DNA from: Candidatus Calescibacterium sp.
GTDB taxonomy: Bacteria > Calescibacteriota > Calescibacteriia > Calescibacteriales > Calescibacteriaceae
Reading direction: 5' to 3'
Assembly (NCBI GenBank): GCA_032249135.1
Contig: JAVVGL010000007.1
Location: 1 to 64,000, forward strand
DNA length: 64,000 nt
In this document: one piece after another, positions 30,454 to 40,210 of the stretch
Numbering within the stretch: position 1 is the stretch's first letter
How the letters are laid out: the number at the start of each line of letters is the position of its first letter
The notes under the pieces: model-generated
Told to the model about the DNA's origin: nothing
Databases searched by the model: none
The model's input: the letters and a program-made list of their open reading frames with translations, nothing else
Program-made: the position numbers and the translations under genes

Positions 30454-31013
30454 TTGATTTTGAAAGATACCTCAAGAAAGTTTTTGAGGATTCTCGCAGT
30501 TGCTCCCCATATTACTGTATCTCCTATATGAAATTCCCATCTCAAATCCCCACCTTCAATATATTTTGCAGCTAACAAATCTTCAAGCTTTATAATAATT
30601 ACTTTTTCAACTTCATCTGGATTTGGTTTTGGAGTGAAGTTTTTGTCATTTACAATTCCTACTACTGGGTGAATAAGGTAGCCAGCGATAGTTATTGTGT
30701 CATCAAGAGAGCCTATTATCATAACATCTTTTGGATTTATACCTACCTCCTCCTCAGCTTCTCGGAGAGCGGTAATTTCAGGTTTTTCATCGTCAAACAT
30801 AACTCCTCCGGGAAAAGCAATTTGCCCCTTATGGTCTTTTACTTTCATTGTTCTCTTTATAAAAAGAACTGCTTCGGAGGATTTAAGAATTGGAATGAGA
30901 ACAGCGGATGGGGTAAGTCCTTCTAAAATCAAAGATTTTGGTTTATAATTTTTTATGTTCCGGATTATTTTCCCTAAAAGGGGGGATTTGTTTTGTTCTG
31001 TGAGTTTTTGCAT
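30444..31013 (-). CDS. Nudix CoA pyrophosphatase
   Basis: HKGQIAFPGG, TALREAEEEVG, IWGATARIL. Confidence 0.93.
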   Translation of the reverse strand: MQKLTEQNKSPLLGKIIRNIKNYKPKSLILEGLTPSAVLIPILKSSEAVLFIKRTMKVKDHKGQIAFPGGVMFDDEKPEITALREAEEEVGINPKDVMIIGSLDDTITIAGYLIHPVVGIVNDKNFTPKPNPDEVEKVIIIKLEDLLAAKYIEGGDLRWEFHIGDTVIWGATARILKNFLEVSFKINYG

Positions 31014-31019
31014 AGCTTT

Positions 31020-31448
31020 TTATTTTGGAGCAACCAAGATTTCAAAATCGTTTGAGTTTTCATCTGCAAAGTTTTTTATTATTTTTACCTTAACTATTGT
31101 GGAAGATCCAGAATTTTGGAGTTCTGCAAAAAAATTTATCATAGAGTCTGGAGGAACTCCTCTTGCGCTTATTTCTATAAAGTTCTGAACAGGTCTTGCA
31201 GATTCAAGTTGAATATTATATTTTCTTGAAATAGAATCAATTAGAGCAAGTAAATTCTGTCCGGTTCCTTCAATTTGAGCTCTATAAGATTTTATTTCAT
31301 CTGACCATACTTTCATGCGATTTAATTTTCCTTCAAAAGAATTTACTTCATCTTTGAGTTTCTCCAAAGATGAACTAATCCCCATATAAATCAAAAGTGT
31401 GGTAAAAGATAAAAACCAGAAAATCAAAGATATATATCTCTTTTTCAT
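31020..31448 (-). CDS. Type II secretion GspM-like protein
   Basis: TM helix, coiled coil, LLALIDSISRKYNI...RP ferredoxin-like domain; directly follows the GspL-like gene. Confidence 0.6.
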   Translation of the reverse strand: MKKRYISLIFWFLSFTTLLIYMGISSSLEKLKDEVNSFEGKLNRMKVWSDEIKSYRAQIEGTGQNLLALIDSISRKYNIQLESARPVQNFIEISARGVPPDSMINFFAELQNSGSSTIVKVKIIKNFADENSNDFEILVAPK

Positions 31449-31466
31449 ACTCAAAAATTTCTTTCT

Positions 31467-32723
31467 CTATAAGAATTTTTCTTCTTCTTTTTTAATTTCT
31501 AACTCCTCCTTTTTCATTCTAATTTTTTCGTTTTTACCTTTGAGTTTTCCTGTGAGTCTCATAATAAACGCATTTCCGTCTCTGCTTCTCACAGTTGATG
31601 TTATCTTGATATCACCCAATAGTGAAGCTAAAACATTTTTCACATTATCAATAGCTCCAAGATCTTTTATTCTCAATTCAGCTGATATTTCACCATCTTC
31701 TGATCGGAAATCTTCTATTCTCAAAACGTGATCTGAAACGCTCTGAGCAAATTCAAAAAAAGTGAGGAGAGCAGAGCTATCTTGTTCCCTTGTTTTTAAC
31801 TTTGAGTATTCAATTTTCATCTGCTCATAAGGGTCAACAGCCTTTTTATCAGGAAAAGTGGCTTTGAAAACCTCATTTATTTCAGCTAAAATCTTATCTT
31901 TCCTTTCTTTTTCTGATCTGTATTCAGAAATAACGGGAAAGGAGAACAAAATCAGGGAAAGAAATACTACTATTGAGTGAGGTAAAGTCTTGTCAAGAAA
32001 AACTTCAATAGGGGATTCTTTTTTCGCTTTTGTGATTTTAACCGGGGGGTAGCTTCCAAACAGTGCAGAAAAAATAGATGTAAAAGCTGGGTCGTTATAG
32101 TTAATTTCTGGGAAAGCATCAGATGGGACCAGAATTTTTGCTTCAAAAGGAAAAAGTTCATATTTTGCACCACAAACATAAAAATTCACATCATCTTTTC
32201 TGATCTGCGATAAAATAAGGTTTGTAAAAAACTTAATATCATCTGAATCTGAGTATCTGAAAGAACCTAGTCTTATAAAATCTTTGTCTTGATAGGCGAA
32301 AGAAATGAACTTATTATCAATATCAATAAAAATTCCGTCTTTGATTTTCTTTGAAAGTGAGAGCAAGCAAACTGGTTTTAAAATAAGTTCAGAAAATCCC
32401 TTTGAAAACATATTATCACAATACAAAGAATCATATATTATGGCAAACGATGTGCCTTTCTTTTTTGGGACATAAGCGATGTATTTTTCGGTTTCTTTCA
32501 GCTCTTCCTGAGAAAGTTCAATTTCAACTGCTGATTTTGCCTTTTTGCCTCCGAAAGGTAAATCAAAAAATTTAAAAGAAAAAAAATCAGAAAAGAAAGC
32601 TCTTTTATCATCATCGGGGAAATCGAAAATCTCATCTTCTGAACTAAACCTTACTATATCTATCTCTTTTTTGCCTTGTTTAATATGAACTCCGCAAAGA
32701 CCATTTATATCAACGAAAATCAT
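31467..32723 (-). CDS. Type II secretion GspL-like (PilM/PilN-like) protein
   Basis: FDLPF in an actin-like cytoplasmic part, central TM, VFKATFPDKKAVDPYEQM. Confidence 0.7.
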   Translation of the reverse strand: MIFVDINGLCGVHIKQGKKEIDIVRFSSEDEIFDFPDDDKRAFFSDFFSFKFFDLPFGGKKAKSAVEIELSQEELKETEKYIAYVPKKKGTSFAIIYDSLYCDNMFSKGFSELILKPVCLLSLSKKIKDGIFIDIDNKFISFAYQDKDFIRLGSFRYSDSDDIKFFTNLILSQIRKDDVNFYVCGAKYELFPFEAKILVPSDAFPEINYNDPAFTSIFSALFGSYPPVKITKAKKESPIEVFLDKTLPHSIVVFLSLILFSFPVISEYRSEKERKDKILAEINEVFKATFPDKKAVDPYEQMKIEYSKLKTREQDSSALLTFFEFAQSVSDHVLRIEDFRSEDGEISAELRIKDLGAIDNVKNVLASLLGDIKITSTVRSRDGNAFIMRLTGKLKGKNEKIRMKKEELEIKKEEEKFL

Positions 32724-32793
32724 TTAATAAGATAAAAATTTAGCAATAGAGAATGAAAAAATCAAATTGGCAATTTTAAGAACCAAATTCAAA

Positions 32794-33987
32794 TCATAAA
32801 GAAACCCTACGATGCTCTTCAGCGAAGTTCCTTGCAACTTGTTTTGAAATATCCGAAACTTTTATAATATCACTGAGACTGGAAATCTTTGATGGTAAAA
32901 GATTTTTATTTTTTTCAAAGTAAGAAATTGTTTTCTCAACGACAGAATATATATCCCAAAACCTAATTTTTCCTTCAACAAAGTATGAGAAAGCAACATC
33001 ATCAGCGGAAACTAAAATGCAAGGGAAAGGTTCTCCAAGTTTTGCGCACTTCCACCCCAAAAGTAAAGAAGGAAATCTCTCAAAATCCGGGTCAAAAAAC
33101 CTTAAAGTTTTATCCCAAATAGATGGAATCTCAAAAGGTAAATCAGGTATTTCAGGATAAAGTAGGGCATACATTATGGGAATTCTCATATCCGGGAAAT
33201 GTGAGCTGAAAATTGTAGTTCCATCTTTTAGTTCAATAGCAGAATGAACAATAGCTTCTGGGTGAATTTTCACACTTATCTTTTCTGGTTCAAGAGAAAA
33301 TAAATAGCACGCTTCAATTATCTCAAAAGCCTTATTCATAAGAGATGCACTATCTACCGTTATTTTAGTTCCCATATTCCACACGGGATGTTTTATCACT
33401 CTCTCATAAGGAGCGTTCTCTATTTCAGATTTTGGAAGGTTCCAAAGTGGTCCTCCGGATGCGGTCAGAAAAACTCTCTTTATACTTTCTCTTGGATATA
33501 GGTCTATTATTTTCCATAAAGATGAATGCTCGCTATCTACTGGTAAAATTTTAGCTCCGTTTTTCTTTGCTAAATCAAAAATTAAAGAACCTGCACATAA
33601 AATAGCCTCTTTTGAAGCTACTGCTACTCGTTTTCCGCCTGAAACTGCACAGAAAGCAGGCTCAACAGAGCTGAACCCCGGGATTCCCAAAATTACTAAA
33701 TCAACATCATCAAACGAAACCATCTTTGATGGCGTGACATATTCAAATTTGAACTCAAAATTTTTTTCTTTCAGTTCTCTTTCAAAATCATTTTTTTTCT
33801 CGTCTGATATCCAAACATATTTTGGTTTATATTTCAAAACTTGCTGGGCAAGGAACCTGAAATTTTTTTCAGCGCAAAGACCAACAACTTCAAATTTATC
33901 TCGGAAATTATCTATAACTTCAAGTGATTGTGTCCCTACTGAACCGGTTGATCCGAGTATAACTACTCTTTTTTTCCATTTTTCCAT
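32794..33987 (-). CDS. dxr: 1-deoxy-D-xylulose-5-phosphate reductoisomerase
   Basis: LGSTGSVG, PVDSEH, LTASGGP, HPVWNMGTKITVDSASLMNKAFE; start ATG 33987 preferred. Confidence 0.97.
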   Translation of the reverse strand: MEKWKKRVVILGSTGSVGTQSLEVIDNFRDKFEVVGLCAEKNFRFLAQQVLKYKPKYVWISDEKKNDFERELKEKNFEFKFEYVTPSKMVSFDDVDLVILGIPGFSSVEPAFCAVSGGKRVAVASKEAILCAGSLIFDLAKKNGAKILPVDSEHSSLWKIIDLYPRESIKRVFLTASGGPLWNLPKSEIENAPYERVIKHPVWNMGTKITVDSASLMNKAFEIIEACYLFSLEPEKISVKIHPEAIVHSAIELKDGTTIFSSHFPDMRIPIMYALLYPEIPDLPFEIPSIWDKTLRFFDPDFERFPSLLLGWKCAKLGEPFPCILVSADDVAFSYFVEGKIRFWDIYSVVEKTISYFEKNKNLLPSKISSLSDIIKVSDISKQVARNFAEEHRRVSL

Positions 33988-34173
33988 CGCAGAATAAAAC
34001 CAGAAAATATAAATTAAACAAATTAACGCTCTATTGTTAAAAATTTGGAATCGTGTCACTAAAATTAATTATTGCTTAAAGATTCCAATCAATTAGAAAT
34101 TGTGTTTTTTATGTAAAAATACTTTTTATTTCCCGATAGATTAAAATTCCTTTTTGTAAGGAGGTGTAAGTTC

Positions 34174-34431
34174 ATGGCAGGAATAGGATTTCAAGAACTT
34201 TTGATAATTTTCTTAATAATTGCCCTTTTATTTGGTGCGAAAAAGATACCGGAACTTGCAAAAGGGCTCGGTCAAGCTATGCGGGAATTCAAAAAGGGTA
34301 TGAGAGATGATTCCGAAGAAGAAAAAAATACAAAAAATCCAGATTCCGGTGAAAAAATTATAGAGGAAAAAACAAAGTCTAAACCCGAAGAGAAAATAAT
34401 AAAAACAGCAAGCGAAGGAAAGGAAAATTAA
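34174..34431 (+). CDS. tatA: Twin-arginine translocase TatA
   Basis: [42 protein letters not shown]. Confidence 0.95.
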   Translation: MAGIGFQELLIIFLIIALLFGAKKIPELAKGLGQAMREFKKGMRDDSEEEKNTKNPDSGEKIIEEKTKSKPEEKIIKTASEGKEN

Positions 34432-34471
34432 TTCCTTTTTATTTATTTTTTTATTCATTTTCCTATTGCGT

Positions 34472-35497
34472 ATGGTAATAGAGGGATTTGAACACTCTCC
34501 GGGGAAAAATTGTGGATCAACATCTTTGTGGAATATATCTAAATTTTATGGGAACAGATACCCAGAACATATCATTTTCGGGCTTTCATCTGGTCTTCTT
34601 TTTTTCTATATGAAAGGTGGCTTTGGAGGGGCTTCTTATGCAATAGGCGGAAGAAATCCATTACTTGTAGAAGATTTCTTTGATAACATAGGTTTGAGTC
34701 TGAAATGGCAATCTTATGATGATTTTCCAGAAGATATAATAAAAGAAAGCATAAGTTCTGGCATTCCTGTTCTTGCAAGAACAGACCTTTTCTATCTTCC
34801 ATATTATAAAAATCCTGTCCATTTCCCAGGGCACGAAATAGTTATCTTTGGATACGAGGAAAAAAATGATTCAGAAGGAAAAAAAGAGGATGTTTTTATT
34901 GTTTCTGATAGTTCATTTCCCGAACCACAAAAAGTCTCTCGTCAAGATCTTGCTCGCGCGATGTCTCCGGAGAATGTAATCGCATTTTTCAGTCTGCATA
35001 ACCACATTTTACCTACGCCAAAATTTGAAGTAAAGCTCGATAAAGATAGTATAGTGAAGTCAATTCATAAAGTTTGTCAGCGTATGTTAAGATTTGATTT
35101 AGATTTTATGGGTATAAAAGGAATAAAGAAATTTCATGAAGAAATTGAACTTTGGGCTGATGCGAAAGATAGAGCGTGGGTTTTCAGGTTCGCCTATCAG
35201 GTTATAGAAAGGAGAGGAACAGGTGGCGGCTCTTTTAGGTTCATGTATTCTGATTTCCTTCGAGACTCTGCTGAAATATTTTCAGGTAAAGATAAAACCA
35301 CTCTTTATGAGTTGGCAGCTGATGTTTTTTCATCTGCTGAGCTTTGGAGAAATCTTGCATTCAGGTTCAAAGAAATCTCCGAAAAAGATGGGATTTCAAA
35401 AGACGAGATTTTAGAGCTTAAAAATATTATTGAAAAAATCTACTCAATTGAGGAAAAAACTTTCTTGAATCTTGAAAAATTTGTATCAGGATTTTAA
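34472..35497 (+). CDS. BtrH N-terminal domain / DUF4872 protein (papain-like fold)
   Basis: HSPGKNCGSTS, FGLSSGL, DLFYLPY, HFPGH, VSDS, IERRGTGGGSFRFMYSDFL. Confidence 0.8.
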   Translation: MVIEGFEHSPGKNCGSTSLWNISKFYGNRYPEHIIFGLSSGLLFFYMKGGFGGASYAIGGRNPLLVEDFFDNIGLSLKWQSYDDFPEDIIKESISSGIPVLARTDLFYLPYYKNPVHFPGHEIVIFGYEEKNDSEGKKEDVFIVSDSSFPEPQKVSRQDLARAMSPENVIAFFSLHNHILPTPKFEVKLDKDSIVKSIHKVCQRMLRFDLDFMGIKGIKKFHEEIELWADAKDRAWVFRFAYQVIERRGTGGGSFRFMYSDFLRDSAEIFSGKDKTTLYELAADVFSSAELWRNLAFRFKEISEKDGISKDEILELKNIIEKIYSIEEKTFLNLEKFVSGF

Positions 35498-35528
35498 TCG
35501 CAAGTATAGACCAATTGAGTTATTTCAA

Positions 35529-35690
35529 TCAGGCGAAAATATCAACAACTCGTCTTGGGGCGGGGTTTTGAGTTTGGCGTTGGGGGGGAGGGTTTTCCCG
35601 AGGAGGAGGAGGAGGAGGAGGGGGCTCCCTCCTCGGGGGAGGTGAGGGTTCTCTTACTTGTCTTGCTCCTGAAATTTCTCCTGCTGGCAT
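35529..35690 (-). CDS. Unannotated 53-aa proline-rich small protein
   Basis: Manual translation MPAGEISGARQVREPSPPPRREPPPPPPPPRENPPPQRQTQNPAPRRVVDIFA; explains the local G-rich island; TAAAAT 6 nt upstream of the ATG. Confidence 0.7.
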   Translation of the reverse strand: MPAGEISGARQVREPSPPPRREPPPPPPPPRENPPPQRQTQNPAPRRVVDIFA

Positions 35691-35764
35691 AAATATATTT
35701 TAATAATTTTTCACATCTTTTATTAAAAAATAAACAAATTTTATTTTTTTGCTTTTTGGTAAAA

Positions 35765-36634
35765 ATGGATTTTGAAAAATTATTTCCTGAGCAGTTTGAA
35801 TTTTTTGCGAAATCGGTAGAAGAAGGAAAGATAAGGGGAGCTTATATTTTCTGGGGACCGGATGGTATAGGTAAAGAAGAATTCGCCATTTTCGTGGCAA
35901 GAAGTTTCTTGTGTGGAACTATGCCTCCTTGTGGCTTTTGTTCCCAATGTATTTTTCAGGAACACCCTGATATAATGGTTATCAGGAAGAAACCAGAGGA
36001 TGAGAGGATAAAAGCTGAATATATCAGAGATGCTATAAGGTTTTCTTTGATAAGGCCAATTTCTCACCATAAATTCATTATTTTTTCTGATGCTCATCTT
36101 ATGACTCCGCAAGGATTTTCTGCTCTGCTAAAAACAATAGAAGAGCCTTATCCATTTTCTTCTTTTTTTCTTATAACATCAAAATTAGAGATGATTCCGC
36201 CAACTATTGTATCAAGGTGCATAAAGGTAAGGTTTTCTATCCGAAATCTTCAAAAAGTTATCTCTGAAAAGGTTAGAGAAAAATTTCAATCAAAAGAACT
36301 CGTAGAGAAAGCGACTATTATAAGCTTTCTTAATCCAAACATGCCAGATATTATTCAAGATGGTGAGGAACTGCAAAGAATATGGGAAATGATAGAAAGT
36401 GTTATTGTTGGAGAAGGAGAGTATAAGTTGAGATTTATAAGGCTTTTGGATGAGTTCATCAAAAATGATAGAGATATGGCAAGAAAGTTTCTTGCAGGTT
36501 TAGAGTCATTTATTGCACATAATCCGGAAAAGTTCGGAAGGAGAGCAATAGGTATCTGGGAAAATATAAAGAAAGCTCGAACTTTAGTTGAACTGTTTAT
36601 ACCTCCAAAATTTGCTCTTCTCACACTTTTCTGA
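35765..36634 (+). CDS. holB: DNA polymerase III delta' subunit
   Basis: AYIFWGPDGIGK, LC...PCGFCSQC, HPD, ALLKTIEEP, PTIVSRC. Confidence 0.9.
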   Translation: MDFEKLFPEQFEFFAKSVEEGKIRGAYIFWGPDGIGKEEFAIFVARSFLCGTMPPCGFCSQCIFQEHPDIMVIRKKPEDERIKAEYIRDAIRFSLIRPISHHKFIIFSDAHLMTPQGFSALLKTIEEPYPFSSFFLITSKLEMIPPTIVSRCIKVRFSIRNLQKVISEKVREKFQSKELVEKATIISFLNPNMPDIIQDGEELQRIWEMIESVIVGEGEYKLRFIRLLDEFIKNDRDMARKFLAGLESFIAHNPEKFGRRAIGIWENIKKARTLVELFIPPKFALLTLF

Positions 36635-36787
36635 TCGTTTATTTCTCTTATTCTCTTATTTATCTATTATTCTCTTATATTTATCTATTTTTTTGTTTTT
36701 TTTCTTCTTTTTACAACTTGGCGTTTTCCCAAAATTTCTGATTGTAAGGTATATTTGCATTTGGTTTTTTAAAATAAATAGGAAGGG

Positions 36788-38221
36788 ATGAAAAAAGAAA
36801 GTCTTTTGGAAATAAAAACCATAGGCGAACTCAAAAAGTCAAAATACAAAGTTCTCTCTGTAAGAGATGAAATAAGAAAAAATCTTTTGGAAAAACTTGC
36901 AAGAAAGGAAAATGTTTTTGAGGGGCTATGGGGGTATGACGAAACTGTAATCCCTCAGCTTATAAATGCCCTTATAGCAGGACACGATATTATCCTTTTA
37001 GGTGAAAGAGGGCAAGGAAAATCTCGTCTTATAAGAATGCTTGTTTCTTTACTTGATGAATATGTTCCTGCAATTGATGGTTGTGAAATTAATGATAATC
37101 CTTACTCACCTATCTGTGCAAGATGTAAAAGGCTTGTTGAGGAAAGAGGGGATAATGTGAAGATAAGATGGGTTCCAAGGGAGGAAAGATTCGGAGAAAA
37201 GCTTGCAACACCAGATACAACTGTTGCTGACCTCATAGGAGACATAGACCCTATAAAAGTTGCCCAAGGGAGACCTTTATCTGACCCTGAAGTTATTCAC
37301 TTCGGGATAATCCCGAGAACAAACAGAGGAATTTTCGCTATAAATGAGCTTCCAGACCTTCCAGAAAGGGTCCAAGTTGCTCTATTTAATGTTATGGAGG
37401 AAAGGGATATACAAATAAAAGGTTATAAAATAAGGCTACCTCTTGATATACTCGTTGTTGCTACTGCAAACCCAGAAGATTATACTGCTCGCGGTAGAAT
37501 TGTTACTCCACTGAAAGACCGATTCAACTCAATGATAAGAACACATTACCCGCAAAAAAGAGAGATAGAGCTAAAAATAGCAGAACAAGAATCTTATCTG
37601 CGGAAAACAAAAGATGGAATAAATATAGAAGTTCCCCATTTTATAGGAAGTATTATCTCCGAATTCACTATGCAGGCAAGAAAATCAGAGGATATAAGTC
37701 AGCATTCGGGGGTTTCTGTAAGAATGACTATATCTAATTACGATATCGTGCTTGCAAGCGCATATAAAAGAGCGTATATATTGAAGGAGAAAATTGCTGT
37801 CCCAAGAATGACCGACTTGTTTTACATGATTTACACATCAATAGGTAAAGTTGAGATAGAAGCAATAGCCGAGAGAAATGAAGTAGAAATACTTGAAAGA
37901 ATTTTTAAGAAAACTGTCAAAATAGTTTTTGATGAGCACTTCAAGGTTCATGAATTTGAGCCTCTTATATTGCTTTTCAGGGAAGATTTCAAATTTGAAA
38001 CATCTGATATGAAACCCTCTTCTGAGTATGTTATGGTTTTTGAAAAAGTTCCAAGTCTTTTCAAACTTGCTGAGAGACTCGGCAGAAGAACTGAGGCAGA
38101 ATTTTTAGCTTCTTATCTTGAATTCTTCCTTGAAGGACTCTATGTATATAACAGACTTACAAGAGAAGTTATATCCGGAAGGTATTATTATAGCTCAAAC
38201 CCTTATGTTAGGTCCATTTGA
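36788..38221 (+). CDS. AAA+ ATPase, ChlI/MoxR-related (Rv0958-like)
   Basis: LLGERGQGKS, GCEINDNP, EKLATPD, FAINELPDL, ATANPEDYTARG, PLKDRF. Confidence 0.88.
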   Translation: MKKESLLEIKTIGELKKSKYKVLSVRDEIRKNLLEKLARKENVFEGLWGYDETVIPQLINALIAGHDIILLGERGQGKSRLIRMLVSLLDEYVPAIDGCEINDNPYSPICARCKRLVEERGDNVKIRWVPREERFGEKLATPDTTVADLIGDIDPIKVAQGRPLSDPEVIHFGIIPRTNRGIFAINELPDLPERVQVALFNVMEERDIQIKGYKIRLPLDILVVATANPEDYTARGRIVTPLKDRFNSMIRTHYPQKREIELKIAEQESYLRKTKDGINIEVPHFIGSIISEFTMQARKSEDISQHSGVSVRMTISNYDIVLASAYKRAYILKEKIAVPRMTDLFYMIYTSIGKVEIEAIAERNEVEILERIFKKTVKIVFDEHFKVHEFEPLILLFREDFKFETSDMKPSSEYVMVFEKVPSLFKLAERLGRRTEAEFLASYLEFFLEGLYVYNRLTREVISGRYYYSSNPYVRSI

Positions 38222-38306
38222 TTTTTGGTCCTGTTTTTATTTCATTTAATTGATTTTTTACCTGTTTATATTGTTTTTCCATCAATAAAACACTAAAATT
38301 TTTTAT

Positions 38307-40055
38307 ATGAGAGTTTTATACAAAAAATGGCAAGAGGAAAGTTTCGTAGATTCTCTTGAATTTAGTGATGAGATGTCAAGATTTCTTGATAAGCTCTTTT
38401 CTTACTCAAATCCTGCTTCCCAGATGGAGAATATGTTAAAATATGGATTCACCTTTGGAAATCAACCAGTTATGGGTATAAATGACCTTCTGCGTCAGAT
38501 AAGAAAGAAAAAACTTGAAGAGATGAGAAAAAATATCTCGGAAACATATCAGAGAGAAATTTCAAAGGTTGATCAAGCGAGAGAAGAAGAACTTCAGGAA
38601 GTAAATAAAAAAATTCCGGAAAGGATTTCAAATATAGAAAAAGAGATTTATAGTATGGAATCAGAAAGTCAAAATAATGAAGTAGAAAGTCAAGGTGATG
38701 AAGGAATAAAATGGCAAAATCAAGCTCAAATGCAAAATCTCAAAGATCTGATAGATCAGCTTTCCCGAGACCTTGCAGAGAGAAATGAGATGTTATCTCA
38801 AAAACCAAAATCTTTCAAGCAGGGAGTGGAGCAATTACAAAATTATGATGAGAAAAAAGGGTTCATCTCGGAAAAAGCAAAAGAAATTTTTCAGGAACTT
38901 CTTAAAAACTTCAACGATATACAGCGTCTGGGAGAATTTCTGAAAAAACATCTTTATGGATTCAAAGAGGGCGAGCCTCTGACTTTACCGGAAGCTATGG
39001 AAGTTGTAGATAGATTTGAAAAACTTGAGCAACTTGAAGAGATGCTGAAACAGGGAGAGATTCAAAATATTCCGCAAGATTTAGCTCGGGAGGTTTTAGA
39101 TAAAGAAGAATTCAGAAGCCTTAATACTATTCGTAAGATTGTTGAAGTTCTTAAAGAATCTGGTTTCTTTGTAATGAAAGGAAATACTCTCATTCTCACA
39201 CCAAAAGGGGTCAGGAAAATAGGAGATAAAGTGATAAAAGATATATTTGTAAATGTCAAGAGTAGATTATTTGGAATGCATTCAACACAAAGGGGAGGAA
39301 ATTATGAAATAGACTATGAGGAAAGGAAAAAGTGGGAATTCGGAGATAACATAAACATAGATATATTTTCTTCTCTCAAAAACGCTATAATTGAGGGGAG
39401 ATTTGATAAAAGTGGAAAAATATATTTGGAACCAGATGATTTTGAAGTTTATAGAACCAGACATTTTTCAAGGGTAAGTTCTGCTCTGCTAATTGATACT
39501 TCTTGGTCTATGTCTTGGGGAGGAAAATTTGAGTGTGCAAAAAAAGTTGCAATCGCTCTTCATTCTCTTATCTCGTCTTACTTCCCATCAGATAAACTTT
39601 ATATAATAGGATTTTTTACCGTTGCGGTTGAAATAAAACCTCATGAATTACCATCCATTGAACTTAATATGAACGATCCTTTTACTAATATGCAAGATGC
39701 AATAAGGCTTTCAAGGAAATTGCTAAGAAGAAGTCCGGCAGAAGAAAAACAAATAATAATGATTACTGATGGACAACCAACAGCGTATTGTGTTGGAAGT
39801 AGGGTTTTCGTTGAGTGGCCAGTTATGGGTTGCTCTCCAAATGCAATGAGGGAAACAATAAAAGAAGTAGAAGAAGCTACAAAAGAGAATATAAGAATAA
39901 ATATCTTCATGATAGAAGACAATCCACAAGTCCAGAAATTTGTTGAAGAAGTCGTAAGGATAAATAAGGGAAGAGCTTTCTTTACAACTCCCGAAAATCT
40001 TGGAAAATATGTTCTTTTAGATTTCGTTTCAAGAAGAAGAAAACTTATAAGATAA
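38307..40055 (+). CDS. VWA-domain partner protein (Rv0959-like)
   Basis: LTPKGVRKIG, MIDAS DTSWSM, TNMQDAI, ITDGQPTA. Confidence 0.88.
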   Translation: MRVLYKKWQEESFVDSLEFSDEMSRFLDKLFSYSNPASQMENMLKYGFTFGNQPVMGINDLLRQIRKKKLEEMRKNISETYQREISKVDQAREEELQEVNKKIPERISNIEKEIYSMESESQNNEVESQGDEGIKWQNQAQMQNLKDLIDQLSRDLAERNEMLSQKPKSFKQGVEQLQNYDEKKGFISEKAKEIFQELLKNFNDIQRLGEFLKKHLYGFKEGEPLTLPEAMEVVDRFEKLEQLEEMLKQGEIQNIPQDLAREVLDKEEFRSLNTIRKIVEVLKESGFFVMKGNTLILTPKGVRKIGDKVIKDIFVNVKSRLFGMHSTQRGGNYEIDYEERKKWEFGDNINIDIFSSLKNAIIEGRFDKSGKIYLEPDDFEVYRTRHFSRVSSALLIDTSWSMSWGGKFECAKKVAIALHSLISSYFPSDKLYIIGFFTVAVEIKPHELPSIELNMNDPFTNMQDAIRLSRKLLRRSPAEEKQIIMITDGQPTAYCVGSRVFVEWPVMGCSPNAMRETIKEVEEATKENIRINIFMIEDNPQVQKFVEEVVRINKGRAFFTTPENLGKYVLLDFVSRRRKLIR

Positions 40056-40210
40056 AATAATAATAACGATAATTGTCAAGAGATAAAAACAATGCAAAAG
40101 AATTTTTCATCTTCAAATAACTATAATGTAAAGTAAGAGAATATAATAAGAGCGTGAAAGAAATTAGGAAAGAAGCAAACCAAATATGAAAAATTTAAAT
40201 TAGTCTAAAA

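Noticed and set aside
32990..33030. Dxr NAANE motif reading VSADD as sign of inactivation
   Set aside because: The metal and substrate residues (DSEH, MNKAFE) and the NADPH motif are intact; treated as divergence.
35555..35650. G-quadruplex, ncRNA or multi-SD element in the G-rich patch
   Set aside because: More simply explained by Pro codons of the minus-strand 53-aa ORF; a DNA-structure role cannot be excluded but has no independent support.
36788..38221. Magnesium chelatase implying phototrophy
   Set aside because: No bch/chl genes nearby; the AAA+/VWA pair resembles a family common in non-phototrophs.
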